Shown here piece after piece: positions 26,881 to 40,192 of a DNA stretch of 64,000 nucleotides (position 1 is its first letter; every line of letters begins with the position of its first letter). The notes under the pieces were generated by a model. That model had not been told where the DNA came from and ran no database searches. It saw nothing but the letters and a program-made list of their open reading frames with translations. A program made the position numbers and the translations under genes. Source of the stretch: Callorhinchus milii (Eukaryota); assembly GCF_018977255.1 (NCBI RefSeq), contig NW_024704743.1, forward strand, positions 91,080,001-91,144,000, written 5' to 3'.

Positions 26881-27967
26881 CTAATTTGTGGCTAGTGCCC
26901 ACATTTCACACCAAGCTGCCAAGTATGCACTGAAATATGAAGCCCTTCAACACTGTTTAGAGAGTGGGTGATAAATTTTAATTCAAACTCTGCAATTGCA
27001 ACAGTCTACAACTGTCAGTTCTTCAAACCATTGCAATCCATGTGATACACTCCAAAATCTTCTAATCCTACTGTTGTATTCCAGTTGAATATTTCTAGCT
27101 GTTACATATTCTGGAATGGAAAGTGTTTGATTGATTGGTATCCTACCATATAATTAGACAATACAATCAAAACACAATTATATTTAAGGGCTTAAGGAAA
27201 TAACACTGAATCTAAATCTAAAGAAATGAAGGTGAAAACTGCAAAGGTCCTGTACTTTAACATCAAATGATGTCACAGAATCAAAGATTCTATCAGGCAG
27301 AAGGAGGCCATTCGGCCCATCATGCTTGTGTCTGCTGTCTCATATCTAGTCCCATTCCCCTACCTGTTAACTCCACATGTTATGTTTTTTCCATTTCAGA
27401 TGTTTGTCTAATTTAGGAGTATGATTGATCTTGCATGTGAATTAAGTTATACAACCAAGATTATTTTGCATTTCATTTCAGAATCCAAATGAAAAATATA
27501 CAAGGAGTGCAGACAATTGAGCTGTACATATTTGCATTAACCACAATATTTGCCTGATACTTTCTTTTTGGTCAGCCATGTGTCTGACATGCTCGGAAAC
27601 CCAATAACATGTTTAAGATTATCCAAACCAGACTCTTGGTACACTTGCCAATTATTGGCAGTGTGGTTATCTTCATGATTTGAATACAATATTATCAATT
27701 TATCGGTTGTACTTTGAGGTGAAGGATATTTTGTCCTGTGTTCCATTTTTTTTNAAAAATCACTTAACAAAGTATAATAAAATATTCTCAGCATAAAGAT
27801 ACACTTGGAAGTTGCAGCGAGAGATTGGAATAGAAACCACGATGAGATGAAAATTGCAACGTGTGATAGTTAACAAATTGTTGTAAATTTCACTCTTCCG
27901 TAACTAAACACAGCGTCTCCCCCTCCCCACACGTGCGCGCACACACACACCACCCGAATAATTTGGA

Positions 27968-28315
27968 CCCAAGGGAGAAATCAAAGTCAATGTCAACAAA
28001 ATCTCTCCTCCCAAGAGAAGCAAAATGAAGGTGTCCATGGAAGCTTTAATATATCATTTTAAGTTATACATAGAGGGATATCAAGTCCCACCTGGAGCCA
28101 CTTTCACCACTTACACAGCAACTGAAGCACCAAAAGGGGAAGTTGGAATCTATTTAATGTCGGACGGAACAAGTCAACCTTATCATTGTAAGATTAAAGC
28201 TCCCGTTTTTGTTCATCTGGCTGGAGTAGATAAAATGTCCTGAGTACATATGTTAGCTGATGTTGTTGCCATTATCGGGACGCAAGATATTGTATTTGGT
28301 GAAATGGACCATTAG
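27968..28315 (+). pseudogene. NDUFS2: Intronless pseudogene fragment of NADH:ubiquinone oxidoreductase 49-kDa subunit (C-terminal ~115 codons)
   Basis: Single frame [114 protein letters not shown]. Aligns with the NDUFS2 C-terminus. Has an in-frame TGA at 28241-28243, a 9-nt insertion (FTT), a 5' truncation and no introns. Confidence 0.93.
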
Positions 28316-28984
28316 ATCATCAATGGAAATAATCTAAATATTTAAATATAATAATATTAATGTAGTCACTCAATTCATCACTGTTTGTGAGACACTGTTG
28401 TGTCAATTGCCTGCTGTGTTTCGCCCACAAAACACACAGTCACTACACTTTACAGTGTATCCTATGAAGCGCTTTGAGACGTCCTGTTGATGTGATAAGG
28501 CACTATATCAAATGCGAGGATTATTATTATCATGATAGTGCTTTTCACATCAGGAGGACATCCCAAAATACTTCACAGTATATACTTTAAAGTGTAGGAT
28601 TTTTTAGTGATGTGTGTTAATTAGCTGAATGCAGCAGCCAATTTTGCACGTAGCAATGCTCCACGCACAGCCAAAAAGTGAGTGACCAATTTTGTTTGGG
28701 GATTGTTGGTCAGGACACCAGGAGAAACTCTCTTTACTTTTTGATAGTGCCGTGGGATGGGATCTATAACATACCCCTGAATAGGCAGACCAATTTTTCT
28801 ATGATAATTTGTTTAGTTAAATTTGTATCCTGTTACCCAGCAATCCACCACGAGACAGAAGCCTGTGGACTGCTTTGGGCCCAACCGTTCTCACCAATTG
28901 TCTGTGTGGTGGGGTGGGGAGGGGAATCACATACATGGATCAGTCTTGTTATCAACTAGCTTGAGTGTTTTAAACAAAGATGTG

Positions 28985-29450
28985 ACAACAACAGCAACAA
29001 TTTGTATTTATACAATGCTCTTCACACGGACTAGCGTCTCGGAGAGCTTCACAGTGGCGGAGTCTGACCCGAGCCAAGGGGAGAGGGAAAGTGACCATAA
29101 GCACGATCAAAGAGGACGGTCTTTAGTCCAGATTTGAAAGTGGGGAGGGAGTGGGCAACACAGAGGGATTGAGGAAGAAAGTTGCAGAATCTCAGGGTGT
29201 AGTGACTGAAGGCACGGCACCGATGGCGGAGTGGAGGAGACGAGGGACAAACAGGAACCAGCTGAGGGGAGGCAGCAGGTGGTGGAGTGGTGGGGTAAAA
29301 AAAAAAAATCGGATAGGTAGGGAGGTGAGGGGCATGAAGGGATTTGAAAAACGGGTGAGAGGATCTTGAAATCGATCCAGTTAGTAATCAGGAGCCAGTG
29401 GGGCCTGGCAAAGCCTGGTGTGATGGGGGTATGGAGTTTTGTGCGGGATG
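28985..29450 (-). mobile_element. Older L2 3' fragment
   Basis: RTKLHTPITPGFARPHWLLITNWIDFKIL translation; CAA-rich tail at ~28985. Confidence 0.8.
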
Positions 29451-31327
29451 ATAATTGACCATGCCACAAAGTGCCTAAATACAATCTTACTGGATGTTAC
29501 AAACCTGCGACCTTGGCAGGTCCACCAATTGCTTAGCAACACTCAATTAATTTTTCTTCTGTGGCAAATATATTTACTAATAAAATGGGCTGCATTACTA
29601 ACAATCTGTCCACTTCCAGATTGTTCCACTATAATAAACATACCGTACAAAGGTTTCCGCAGGCAACCTTCCCCCACTTCCACCCCCCCTTCCCCCCACT
29701 TCTCCCATTCCCTGCTCTTCCCCATAGCTTGAATGGAACATAAACAGGAAAAATTGCAGACCAACTCTCCCCTTTCTCACCACACAAACAGCCACACTAC
29801 TACACGCTCACACCACCACTGTCAGGGCTTGAACTCACACCGAGGCGCTAGAGTCAAATAGACATGAGACCAGGTAAAGGGAAGTAAGAATTAGTATTGC
29901 ATAACATCTAGCAGTTTTAGATAAAACTTGTACGTAGATCTTTTTATTTTGGCTGAACTATGGTTAAATCAAACCTGAAGTTTAAAAGTGATAAACAGCA
30001 GAAAACATTCTCCAAACACGTAAACATTGCTCCTCTTGTTGATTTTGATTACTTGAAAGTCATAGGTATATTGATATGCAAACATCATTTCATTCCAGGT
30101 TTTGCAAGCTCCAAAAGAAAGCTGCATTGCATTAAAATTCAAATGCTGTAGCTGCCTACTGCCAACCACTGCTCAGCCGATCTAATTCTCATTCAATCTA
30201 ATTCTACCCCAACTCTAATTAAAATGCCATCTTTAATGTGTCACTCATCTTAAATAACAATAGATTAGACAATCTCCTTGCTTAGTTAGAATTTATACTG
30301 GGCAGAGTACAACTGGGCTACATAGATCAGTAAGGCTTCAGGTTTCTGCCTTTGAGCTGGCTGATCTTAAGCAAAATAATGGCTTCTTCCTGGTAAGTTG
30401 CACAAAAGGTCATTCTTAGTGTATGAGTTTAGACACTAACTGTCAACAGCCTGTTTGCCTCTGAACGTGTGGGTGCAAAGAGGAAGAGGGCAACCAAAGT
30501 TGAGTCTGATCGTATCGTGATTGTGTTATCACAAATGGCTCTTAGTGACCCGTAGCCACTCTGATCATCAGAATTGCTGACTGACTAAAAAAGAAAGCAT
30601 GGGAACAGTTGATGAGGGCAACTTCAGGTTTGCCCCCATTCCCCTGTCCTAATCTGCTGACAATGATACTTGCTATGTGGTTACCTGCAGAGCTTGCCTG
30701 TTGCGATAACAGTTCCTTTCTATTTCTCTGGAAATGTAAGGTGCAAGTTCAAACTGAAATGCATTCTCTCCTTCTGACTGTCTTGTTTTTGTTGTCTCAG
30801 TCACAGTGCGAACATTTAGCATTACATTTTTAACTACTTTGCTCCCCTTTATTTTTATAATAATAGAAATAATATAGAAGTTCTATGCATAATAGTGCAC
30901 AGAACACTTGAAATGTCTCAAAGATAATTGCTAAGTGTAGTGACTGTGTGTTTGCAGGCGAATATGGCACCAAGGACAGAGCAGTTACAAACAGTTAATT
31001 TATTTGGGAGATTGTTGGCCAGGACACTGCCTTCTCTTTCGGATAGTGCCATGAATCTTTAACATCCATCAGAGCAGGCAGGTGAGACCTTGCTTAACAT
31101 CTCACCTGAAGGATGACACCTCCAACAATTCAGTGGTCCTCCATCAACCTCGAGAGTGAGGTCAAAGTCCCAACGTGGGGTTTAAACCATATCCACAGGT
31201 GAGATTGCTACCAGTTAAAGCAGGTTAACACATTTCATAATGTTCATTTATCAATTCCGCATTTAATATTAATTTCAAACAATTAAAACACATCCAACTG
31301 CTATAAAAAGTTATGTGATCCATTCAT

Positions 31328-31505
31328 AACAACAACAACAACAAGATTCCATTTATAAAGCGCCTTTCACGTCAGGAGGACATCCCAAGGCGCTGCACAG
31401 TTGGGTCAGGACCCGAGTAAAGGGGAAATGGTGAGGGGAGGGAAGGGAGGGAGCGAGGAGGGGGAAGAGAGTCGAGAGGGGAGGTGAAGGCACGGTTGAA
31501 GAGAA
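31328..31505 (-). mobile_element. Young L2 3' end
   Basis: (CAA)n tail, stem-loop and G-rich UTR matching the copies at 20 kb and 53 kb. Confidence 0.85.
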
Positions 31506-32847
31506 GATGTATTGTGAAATTAAATAACAAATACCAAATTCATTATAGCAGTGAATCTTTAACAGTCACCTCACATAAGAAAAGCAGAGGTCAGCATTAA
31601 ATAATGTGGAGAAACTTTTACTTCTCTTTCATTTCTACTTCTTCTTAATTTAACACAGCGTTTAGTAATCCAACTCAGCAAGTCTGCTGTAGAGATTAGC
31701 ATTTCAACAGCATGCATGTTTGTTAATTTTTCTACGTAAACATGACAAGCAATCTTAAGTCATTATTGAGGATGTCATGTAACTAAGTAAATAATGCAAC
31801 AAACATCAAAGGAGCAAAAGGAAATTGAAAGGTTCAGAATTTTCCACGTGTGTTTGTGGTCTAGTCGGAAAAATAATTATTTTGTTTGGCTTTAAACCTC
31901 CTTATGATGAAAGCATGAGGGAAGGGTTAATTTGGACTGTCACTGCGCATTTTGCTTGTACGCACATTCAAATGAATTGCTTGTTGTTTTTCTACATTAG
32001 CTCAACAGATGGCTACATTATTAGCTGAAGTTACAAGATTACATGAGAGACAAACCCTTTGGCTCATTTGATCTTATTCCTACAGAATTCCCACCCTACT
32101 CTCCTCCCATCACAGCATCAAGCTGTCTTTATAGAGTCCAGTTTCCTGGAGTCATATTGGTCCATTCTGTGCCAAAATTCTCAAAATGATCAGAAATGTG
32201 AGGACTGTTTTGTGATTTCAGCATCCAAAATTGTTTTGGTAGTAAAGAAAGAACACTGGGAATTTAGTTCTGGTATGTGTTTATTTATGTCAGAGAGAAT
32301 TAGGCACTGAGAGTTGCAGATCTTTGGGTGATGTGCATCACTTTGATATTTTTAATTCCATGTGAAATACCTGTTGCCCTGCACTGACTCAGCTGCTCAC
32401 TGTCGGGTGAACTGCATACAGCACGTATTGGAAACTATAAATCCTTTTCTAGCAAATACATCCGTTGCCATTGACCTCCACTGGTAGTAAAGCCAAATAG
32501 TTTAATTTGTGCAGATTTCATGTATTCTTTTACATTTTCGACAAAGTCAGACTGCCAGAAATGTCTTTGTTTAAATTTTAATGGGGCAATTAATTATTGT
32601 CATTTTCTTCCTGCTGGCATTCACCTCTCTGCTCCTGATCTAACTTCCTGTTGCTGGGGTATGGTTCCATTGATGCGAGCACCACACCAGAGTGGCCATT
32701 GGTCACGTTTGGGCCTTGGCAATGAGTGTGGACAAACCAATCGACTCATGTCACAGCGGTGCCTGACCTCTCCTCACCCGGCAAACACTGAGTAGACTGT
32801 CAAGCTGCTCTGTATCAGCCTGTAGTCCTATAGCTCAGTGATTAAGA

Positions 32848-33185
32848 GTCCTGTAGCTTAGTAGTTAGAGCACTCGCCTCGCAGGTGAGAGGACCTGGGT
32901 TTGATTCCCGGTCAGGGCGCAATGTTGGTCAGGTTTCCTTACTCCACAGGTCTCTGTTTACCTAGCAGTAAGTAGGAACCCGGCTATTAGTCATTTGGCG
33001 GATTGCTTTTCCCTTTTTAAAAAATTTGGTCACTCAATCCACGAGTTTGTAGAACATTGCTGTGTGCAATTGGCTGCTGCGTTTCACCCACAAAATATAC
33101 AGTCAATTCACTTTCTGTGAAGGGCTTTGAGACGTTTCAAAGACATAATAAGGCACTATATCAAATGCAAGGATTATTATTATTA
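32848..33185 (+). mobile_element. tRNA-headed Deu-domain SINE, full length
   Basis: Same head, core and (ATT)n tail as 63545-63865. Confidence 0.9.
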
Positions 33186-36100
33186 CGGAGGGACAATGAA
33201 CAACAAACCTGGCTCATTTTAACTCTCCTACCACTGGGAAGATCAAGGCCTATTTAAACTCTCATGCAGCCCGAGACCAGTAAACGATCAAGATGTGACC
33301 AGGATTCAAATCCATTGAGCTCCTGGTCTATAGGATGCAGCTCTATCCACTCCACCATCAAGGTGTCCGATTGACATCTCTCATGGTTTAACCTTCTGCC
33401 TGGTCTGCACAATTTAAATGTATTACCTTTTCATTCTCTACATATGACAGTTCTCTTTCTATTTCTGATTGCATTTAATATCAATGTTTAAGTTCTCTTA
33501 ACTATTGTACTGACTGAGTAGAGGCCTTTTCTTGTTCCATGCTTTCTTATGTTTTTATAACATGGATCTTATAGTACACACTACCAAACCATAGAAGCCA
33601 TAAAATTCTACGACAGAATAGGAGCGCTAATTTCATCCATATTGTTAGTGTCAGTAACCCAAGGATAGAAACTGGATAATTTAGTGGGCCAATTACTCTA
33701 CAGACATCATAATCTTAATGAATATAAAATATTGAAGGTATTAATATATGTAAAGCAGTTACTGACTGTAAACATACAGTCACTACATTTCACAGTAAAA
33801 CTTTATGAGACAGCCTGACAAGGTGCTATTATCGAATGCAGGGACTATTATTGTAGCCAGGGGGGAAATGCTACAAAAATGATCAAATAGAACTAATAGC
33901 AAGAATTAGAGGCCAGAGTAAGATTAGTGTTAAACAATTACAGAAGTACAAAGAATCAATGGACCCCCATTGGTGAAGTGGTGCAGGACAGCAGCAGTGA
34001 GGAAGCAGTCAATGAAGATCAATGAGTATATGACTAGTAGTCAGAAACGATGGAGTAAAATAAGCCTGAAAGTGGCAGGCCATTGACAGATCAACATGGT
34101 GAGATAATTCGGTGCTGTCTTGTGGGTTAAAGGTCACATGAATCCCCCCCATTCAAATCCACATCAGGAGGGAGAAAGAAGCAGGAGTCAAACAAGGCTT
34201 GTCCTGTACGCTTCTCGGTGACTGGTTTTAGAACTACAGTGTTGAGGCCTGGGAACTAGCCACTTGCCCACCTCCGCAACTACAGGTACAGTATGGTGCA
34301 AAAAAAGCTACAAGAAAGACGAGAAGGGAAAAGAAGTCTTTAAAAACAGGAATTTCACCATCAACAACAAAAGGCTGAATGTCAGCATTGGACATGTGTA
34401 GAATCTTCTCAGAAACCCATTTAACCAGATTACAATAAGCCTTACCTTTGACATAGCGCATGTCAGAAGGCCTCTGCTTCACAGAATTTACTGTAAACTA
34501 AGCGTGGTGACGTTTTTTTGTAGATGAACGCCACAGTCAATTTGCACGCACAAATGGCCATGAAGTGAGTGAACAATTTAATCTGAGGGTTTGATGGTCA
34601 GGACACTAGGAGAAACTCCCTTCTTTTTTTGAAGTATATAGGCCTCACAACCAAATGCAAAGGTTGTTTCCATGCTTTGGTGACCTCGATTAAGTGATTT
34701 TCATGTTCTTTCTGATGATAAAGTTCCTTTCAAGCAAAATTAATGTTGCAGCACATGTATTGAAATTTTTGCATTGTAATCTTGCTGTTTTTAATGAGTG
34801 TGTGCGGCAGGATGATTTTAAGTGGAGGAGTTCCTTTGAGTGACCTTGGCACCATAGAAACAGTACTTAATTCAATGTGAAGAAACAAACCACCCCAGCA
34901 CTTGGCTTTTGGAACTGCTAGTTTACTAAGTAGACTGAATCATACAAAAATTGTACAGTTGTTTCCCAAATTAATGTAAAATTATTCAGTGTGTTTTCAG
35001 AACCTCTGCAGTGAGGATTCTCAATGTCTTGAGCGTTGACCAAGAATGGCCCAAATTATATGCATCCATGATAATAATATGTGAACTATTTATGGCTTCT
35101 GCAAGTAATATTAAATCAATGCAGCATTGTGGATTTAAATCTATGTTGCTATTGATCGAAGCTTAATAATGGAAGAGCCAGTAGTGAATGTGGGTTAATC
35201 TATATTTTACTATTTTTAAATCCGTAAATCCTTAGATAAGATGGCATTTCTCAAATCTATTGGCCCAGTTCTCAACCAATGAGGTTTTCCCATGGTCTCG
35301 GCCAGCACTTCCTCCAGATTAGTCAGACCTTCACCTCATAGCTGTTTGTCAGTTCTTGCTGTGCTCAAAATAACTGCAGTGATTGCTTATAAAAAATATG
35401 ACTGGACACCAATTATTGTGAAACTCCTTGAGACATTTTGAAGTGAAAAGGCATTTAAGAAATGCGTTTCTTTTCATAATGTGTAATTTCTCAGTTTCTA
35501 GTTCACTGTAGAGACCCACCAGCCAGTGCAAGTCCCTAACTCTTGCTGTGGATGTAGTATGCTGTATTGTTTACAGAATTATAAACTGGCCAATAAGATA
35601 GAGCTGGCCAAAGAGATCCTAGGGTTTAAATTCTTCAAAAAGAGTATTTTGACAGGATTGTGGGTTGTATGCATTCAACTAAGTACTGGTGAACTCGGCT
35701 ATCTCAGGACTTCCTGACTTATTTGTTGACAGTTCTTTTTACCAGTCAAGTTGTACTGAAAATGCTAGATGATAATGGTTATAATTCAATAGATTTCAAG
35801 AATGTTGCACTATTCCAAAAGGGATGGGAATTTCTTCCAGTGTCCTGGCTAACAATGCCTTCCCCACTTAAATGTGTCAGCCTGGATCAGTTGGTAGTAC
35901 TTGTGCTTCTGAGTCAGAAGGTTGTGTGTTCTAGCCCCAATATTCCTTGCATTTTTTTGATATAACGCCTTATCACTTCGTCGAGATGTCTCAAAGCGCT
36001 TCACAGGATATGCAGTAAAGCGATTTGATTGTGTATTTTGTGAGGAAAATGCGGCAGACAATTGTGCACAGCAGTGTCCCACACTCAGTCGTGTCAATAA

Positions 36101-36314
36101 TCAGCAATATTTTGAAGGAAGCAGATTTGTGTCTAGACTCACATACAAACACAGACATCAGAAGTCCGAGCAGGTGAGAGAACGAGGGCTCCACACCCCA
36201 ATCGCTCTCCACTAGCTAAATAAAATGATTATCTAATTCAGCCCCTAATGTCACTTTGCCTTAAACGTCAAGCGTTGTCGTGACTGAGTTTGTAGATGAA
36301 CTCAACAATAGCGA

Positions 36315-37100
36315 CAACAAGAAGATTACATTTGTATAACACCTTTCACGTCAGGAGGACGTCCCAAGGCACTGGACAGGGTACAGCATTTCAGACCCGA
36401 GCTGGGGTCAGGGAGGGAGAAGGGAGGGAAGGGGGGTGGCCGATGGCATGGTCGAAGAGGAGGGTCTTGAGGTGGGACTTGAAGGAGGCTAAGGAGGGGG
36501 GATGCGGAGTGACGGGGGATGGAATTCCAGAGGTTGGGGACAGAATAGCTGAAGGCTCTCCCGCCAATGGTGGGGCGGGTGGGTTGGGAGATGTGGAGCA
36601 GGACAGAGCCGTCTGAGCGGAGGGAGCAGGCGGGTTGATAGGGGGTTAGGAGGTCGCAGAGGTAGGGTGGGGCGAGGCCATGGAGGGCTTTGTAGGTGAG
36701 GACCAGGATCTTGAACTGGATCCTCTGAAGGATAGGGAGCCAATGGAGTCAGGCGAGAATTGGGGAGGTAGGGTCACGGAGTTTGGTGTAGGAGAGGACA
36801 CGGGCTGTAGAGTTCTGGATTATCTACAGCGTGTAGGTGGAGGAGTTGGGAAGGCCGACAAGCAGGGCATTTGCATAGTCGATCCTGGAGGTGATGAAGG
36901 CATAAACAAGAGTTTCAGTGGCTTGAGTGATGAGGGAGTGGTGGAGTCGTGCGATGTTACGGAGGTAAGGGAAGGCAGAGCGGGTCATGGCTTGGATGTG
37001 GGAAAGAAAAGACAATTGAGGGTCAAACAAGACACCGAGGTTCCTGACTGGCTTGGTGAGTTGTAGTGTGCAACCATGGAGGTTGATGCTGCCAGAGCCT
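36315..37100 (-). mobile_element. L2 3' fragment
   Basis: PVRNLGVLFDPQLSF..AFITSRIDYANALL translation plus 3' stem-loop and tail. Confidence 0.9.
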
Positions 37101-39110
37101 GAGATCAGTAGCCAATTCGCACACAAGGATGTCCCACAAACGGGTGGGACCTGAGGTGGATGAGATTTTTTCCAGGTCAGTACGCTGAGCTCATAGTCTA
37201 GGCTGATACACCAATGCAGTACTGGGGGTGAGTGCTGCATTGTCAGAGGTGCTGTCCTTCAGATGAGACATGAAACCAAAGTTCTACCTGCCTGTTCGGG
37301 TGAACTTTAAAGATCTGCGCTGATATGCACTGGGTGCAATGTTCAAAAAGAGAACATTGCTGTGAGCAATTTACTGACACATTACAGTAAAATCCTATGA
37401 AACACTTATATTAATGAGTGGCTTAAGATCTCATACATTCATGGTAGGATGGGTGGCCTGAGGCACCCTGTAGAGTGGATTAGGATTGGAAAAGCAGAGA
37501 GCATAGGCAGGAGTAAAGGACTGGAGGATATTGCCGAGGTAGAGAGCAGCAAGATTGTGGAGGGATTGGAAGGTCAGGACAAAATCTTGAAATTAATCTG
37601 TTAGGGGCTGGGAGCCAAGTGGATTCACTTCATGTCCTGCCTCAAGTGCAGCTGCATTGCACTTTCACACAATTGTGTTTTTACCATTGGAGTTCCCTCT
37701 TTTAATCTGCTACAGTGAAACCCCTAATCCTGGGAAGATTTCCAAATGCAGCCATAGAAACAGGATTGTATCAGACTGGAAAAGACCATTGAGCTGATCT
37801 GACCATCCCCCAAAGTAAAAAAAAACACTCTTCAATGCTATCTCTCATAACTTGTTTTTGCAATTTAGAGTAAAATCATATTTAACCTTAAAACCACGTA
37901 CTTATTTCCGGATTGCATGAAAATAGGCAGTTTTCTGTTAAAACTGTCATTTGCAGCTTTATGTGGAAGCAGCACATTTCACAATATATCTAGTATCGCA
38001 TTATGAAAAAATGTCACTTTGGAAATGGGACCTGCTTGACAAAAAACTCAACATCTTCTGATGTATTTCCTCAGATCCACGAGTCTCTGACCTACTACTT
38101 CTCTCATATTACTTGCTGTACACAGAATATCAATAACGTAAGGCATCAAAGCTGTATTTTTAAAATGTTAAATCAGGTTTCAGCGCCTTGGGACGTCCTC
38201 CTGACGTGAAAGGCGCTTTATAAATGGAATCTTGTTGTTGTTGTTGTTGTTGTTGTTAGCTTGGACTTCTTTGGAAGCACTCTCGTCTCTGCAACAGAGG
38301 GTTTTGAATTAAAGGGCTACTGTGGGACTTAAGTTCATAGTTGACACGAATGCAATGCCTGGGGAAGGTTGTGTTGTACTTTGCTGAAACCTTTAATCAT
38401 TAGACCAAAGTCATGTTTGCCTCTCCTCCAGTGAACTCCCAATTAGCTGTGTGAGTGTCCTTCCCACTTGAGAAGCGCTATTTAAATGTGACTTGTTGTT
38501 ATTCTTGGACATTAGAGATCTTGTGACCCTATTTAAAGTGAAGGGAGTTTCTCTCAATGTCCTGGCTAACAAGGGCCCAGATAACTTGGTCATTCACCAC
38601 ATGGCTGTTTCTAGGACCTGGTAGGGCATAAATTAGCTGCTGCATTTGCCTATAAAATACGGTCGTTGTAAAGCGCTTTGAGATGTTTTAACGTAGAAGA
38701 TGCTATGGAAATGTAGCAAAAGGATGCATTTGAAGTACGTTGGTAAATCCAAATTTAGATCTGCATCCAGTGTCGGGTATCTTTATCCTATCAGTAACAG
38801 CAGTACTTGAACCTCAAAGAAGCTTTCGCACTGAAAGAAATGATCTCTCTCATCTGATGTAATGAGGAAAACTGCAAATGTCATACATGATGGTTGGTGG
38901 ATCTATGAATTATTTAGTACATTTCATAAAGCAGAGATTAAATGTTACATCATAGTATGAGCATCCATCCTATATTTAAATGAACTTTAAAACCGGTATC
39001 ACCCAGTGATTGATATTCTTGGATTGTAAACAATGCTTAACCTAGTTTCCTTTACATGCTAAAATGTTATACCCAAACGCCAAAGCTATAAATCACCAGT
39101 TCAAGCTAAG

Positions 39111-40192
39111 CAACAACAACAACAAAATTACATTTGTATTGCACCTTTCACATCGGGAAGACGTCCCAAGGCACTGGACAGTCAGTATTTCGGACCTGAG
39201 CTAGCGGTCGGGATTTGGGAGAGTGGAGGGCAGTGGGGGAAGTAGGGCGATCAAAAGCACGGTCGAAGAGCAGGACCTTGAGATGGGTCTTGAAGGTGGC
39301 AAGGAAGGGGGCGAGATGAACGGACAATGGGATGGAGTGCCAAAGCATGGAGGCAGAGTGGCATAGCCTGCCCGCCAATGGTGGGGCGGGGGAGGCAGGG
39401 CGCGGGAAGCAGGCCAGATCCCGCTGAGTGGAGGGAGCGGGCAGGATGGTAGGGGTTAAGGAGATCGCAGACATAGGGAAAGCAAGACCACGGAGGGCTT
39501 TGAATGTGAGGATCAGGATCTTGAACTGTATCCTCTGTGTGATGGGAAACCATTGGAAACGGGCAAGGATGGGGTTGGTAGGGTCACAGAGCCTAGTGCG
39601 GGAGAGGACATGGGCTGCAAGTTCTGATGATCTGCAGCCTATGGAAGGAGGAGTCGGGTGGCCGACAAGCAAGGAGTTTGCATAGTCAAGCCTCGATGTA
39701 ATAAATGCGCGTATGAGGGTTTTGGCAGCCTGTGGTGTGAGACAATGGCAGAGCCGGGCAATATTGCGGAGGTGGGGGAGGGCAGAGCGGGTTATGGCAC
39801 GAATGTGGGGTAGAGAGGATAGTTGAGGATCAAACAAGATGCCAAGGTTCCAGACTGGATTAGTAAGGTAGAGTGTGTATCCTTGGATGGTGATGCTGTC
39901 AGTACCTGAGGTGTGGAGGTGCTGACGGGAGCCAATCAAGAGGGCCCCGATCTTGTTGACGTTCAACTGAAGAAAGTTAGCTCTCATCCAGGACTTGATG
40001 TCTGACAGACATTCTGTCAGGACAGCAGTGGTCCTGGAGTCGAGGGTGGAGGCAGAGAGGTACAGTTGGGTGTCATCCGCATACATGTGGAAATTGACCC
40101 CATGTCTGCGAATGAAGTCATCAAGAGGGAGCATATAGATGTTGAAGAGGAGAGGACCAAGGACAGAGCCCTGAGGCGCAGTACGAGATGGT
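39111..40192 (-). mobile_element. L2 fragment including the RT catalytic motif
   Basis: ORF 39148-40134 contains FHMYADDTQLY and WMRANFLQLNVNK; (CAA)n tail at 39111-39125. Confidence 0.95.

Noticed and set aside
27754..27754. Single N base
   Set aside because: An ambiguity at a T/A homopolymer junction, not a biological feature.
28025..28243. Functional NDUFS2 exon or a NUMT
   Set aside because: It has an in-frame stop and an insertion, spans what should be several exons without introns, and animal mtDNA does not encode nad7.
39148..40134. 328-aa ORF as a host gene or novel reverse-transcriptase system
   Set aside because: It is a truncated, frameshifted L2 ORF2 with a standard L2 3' tail.
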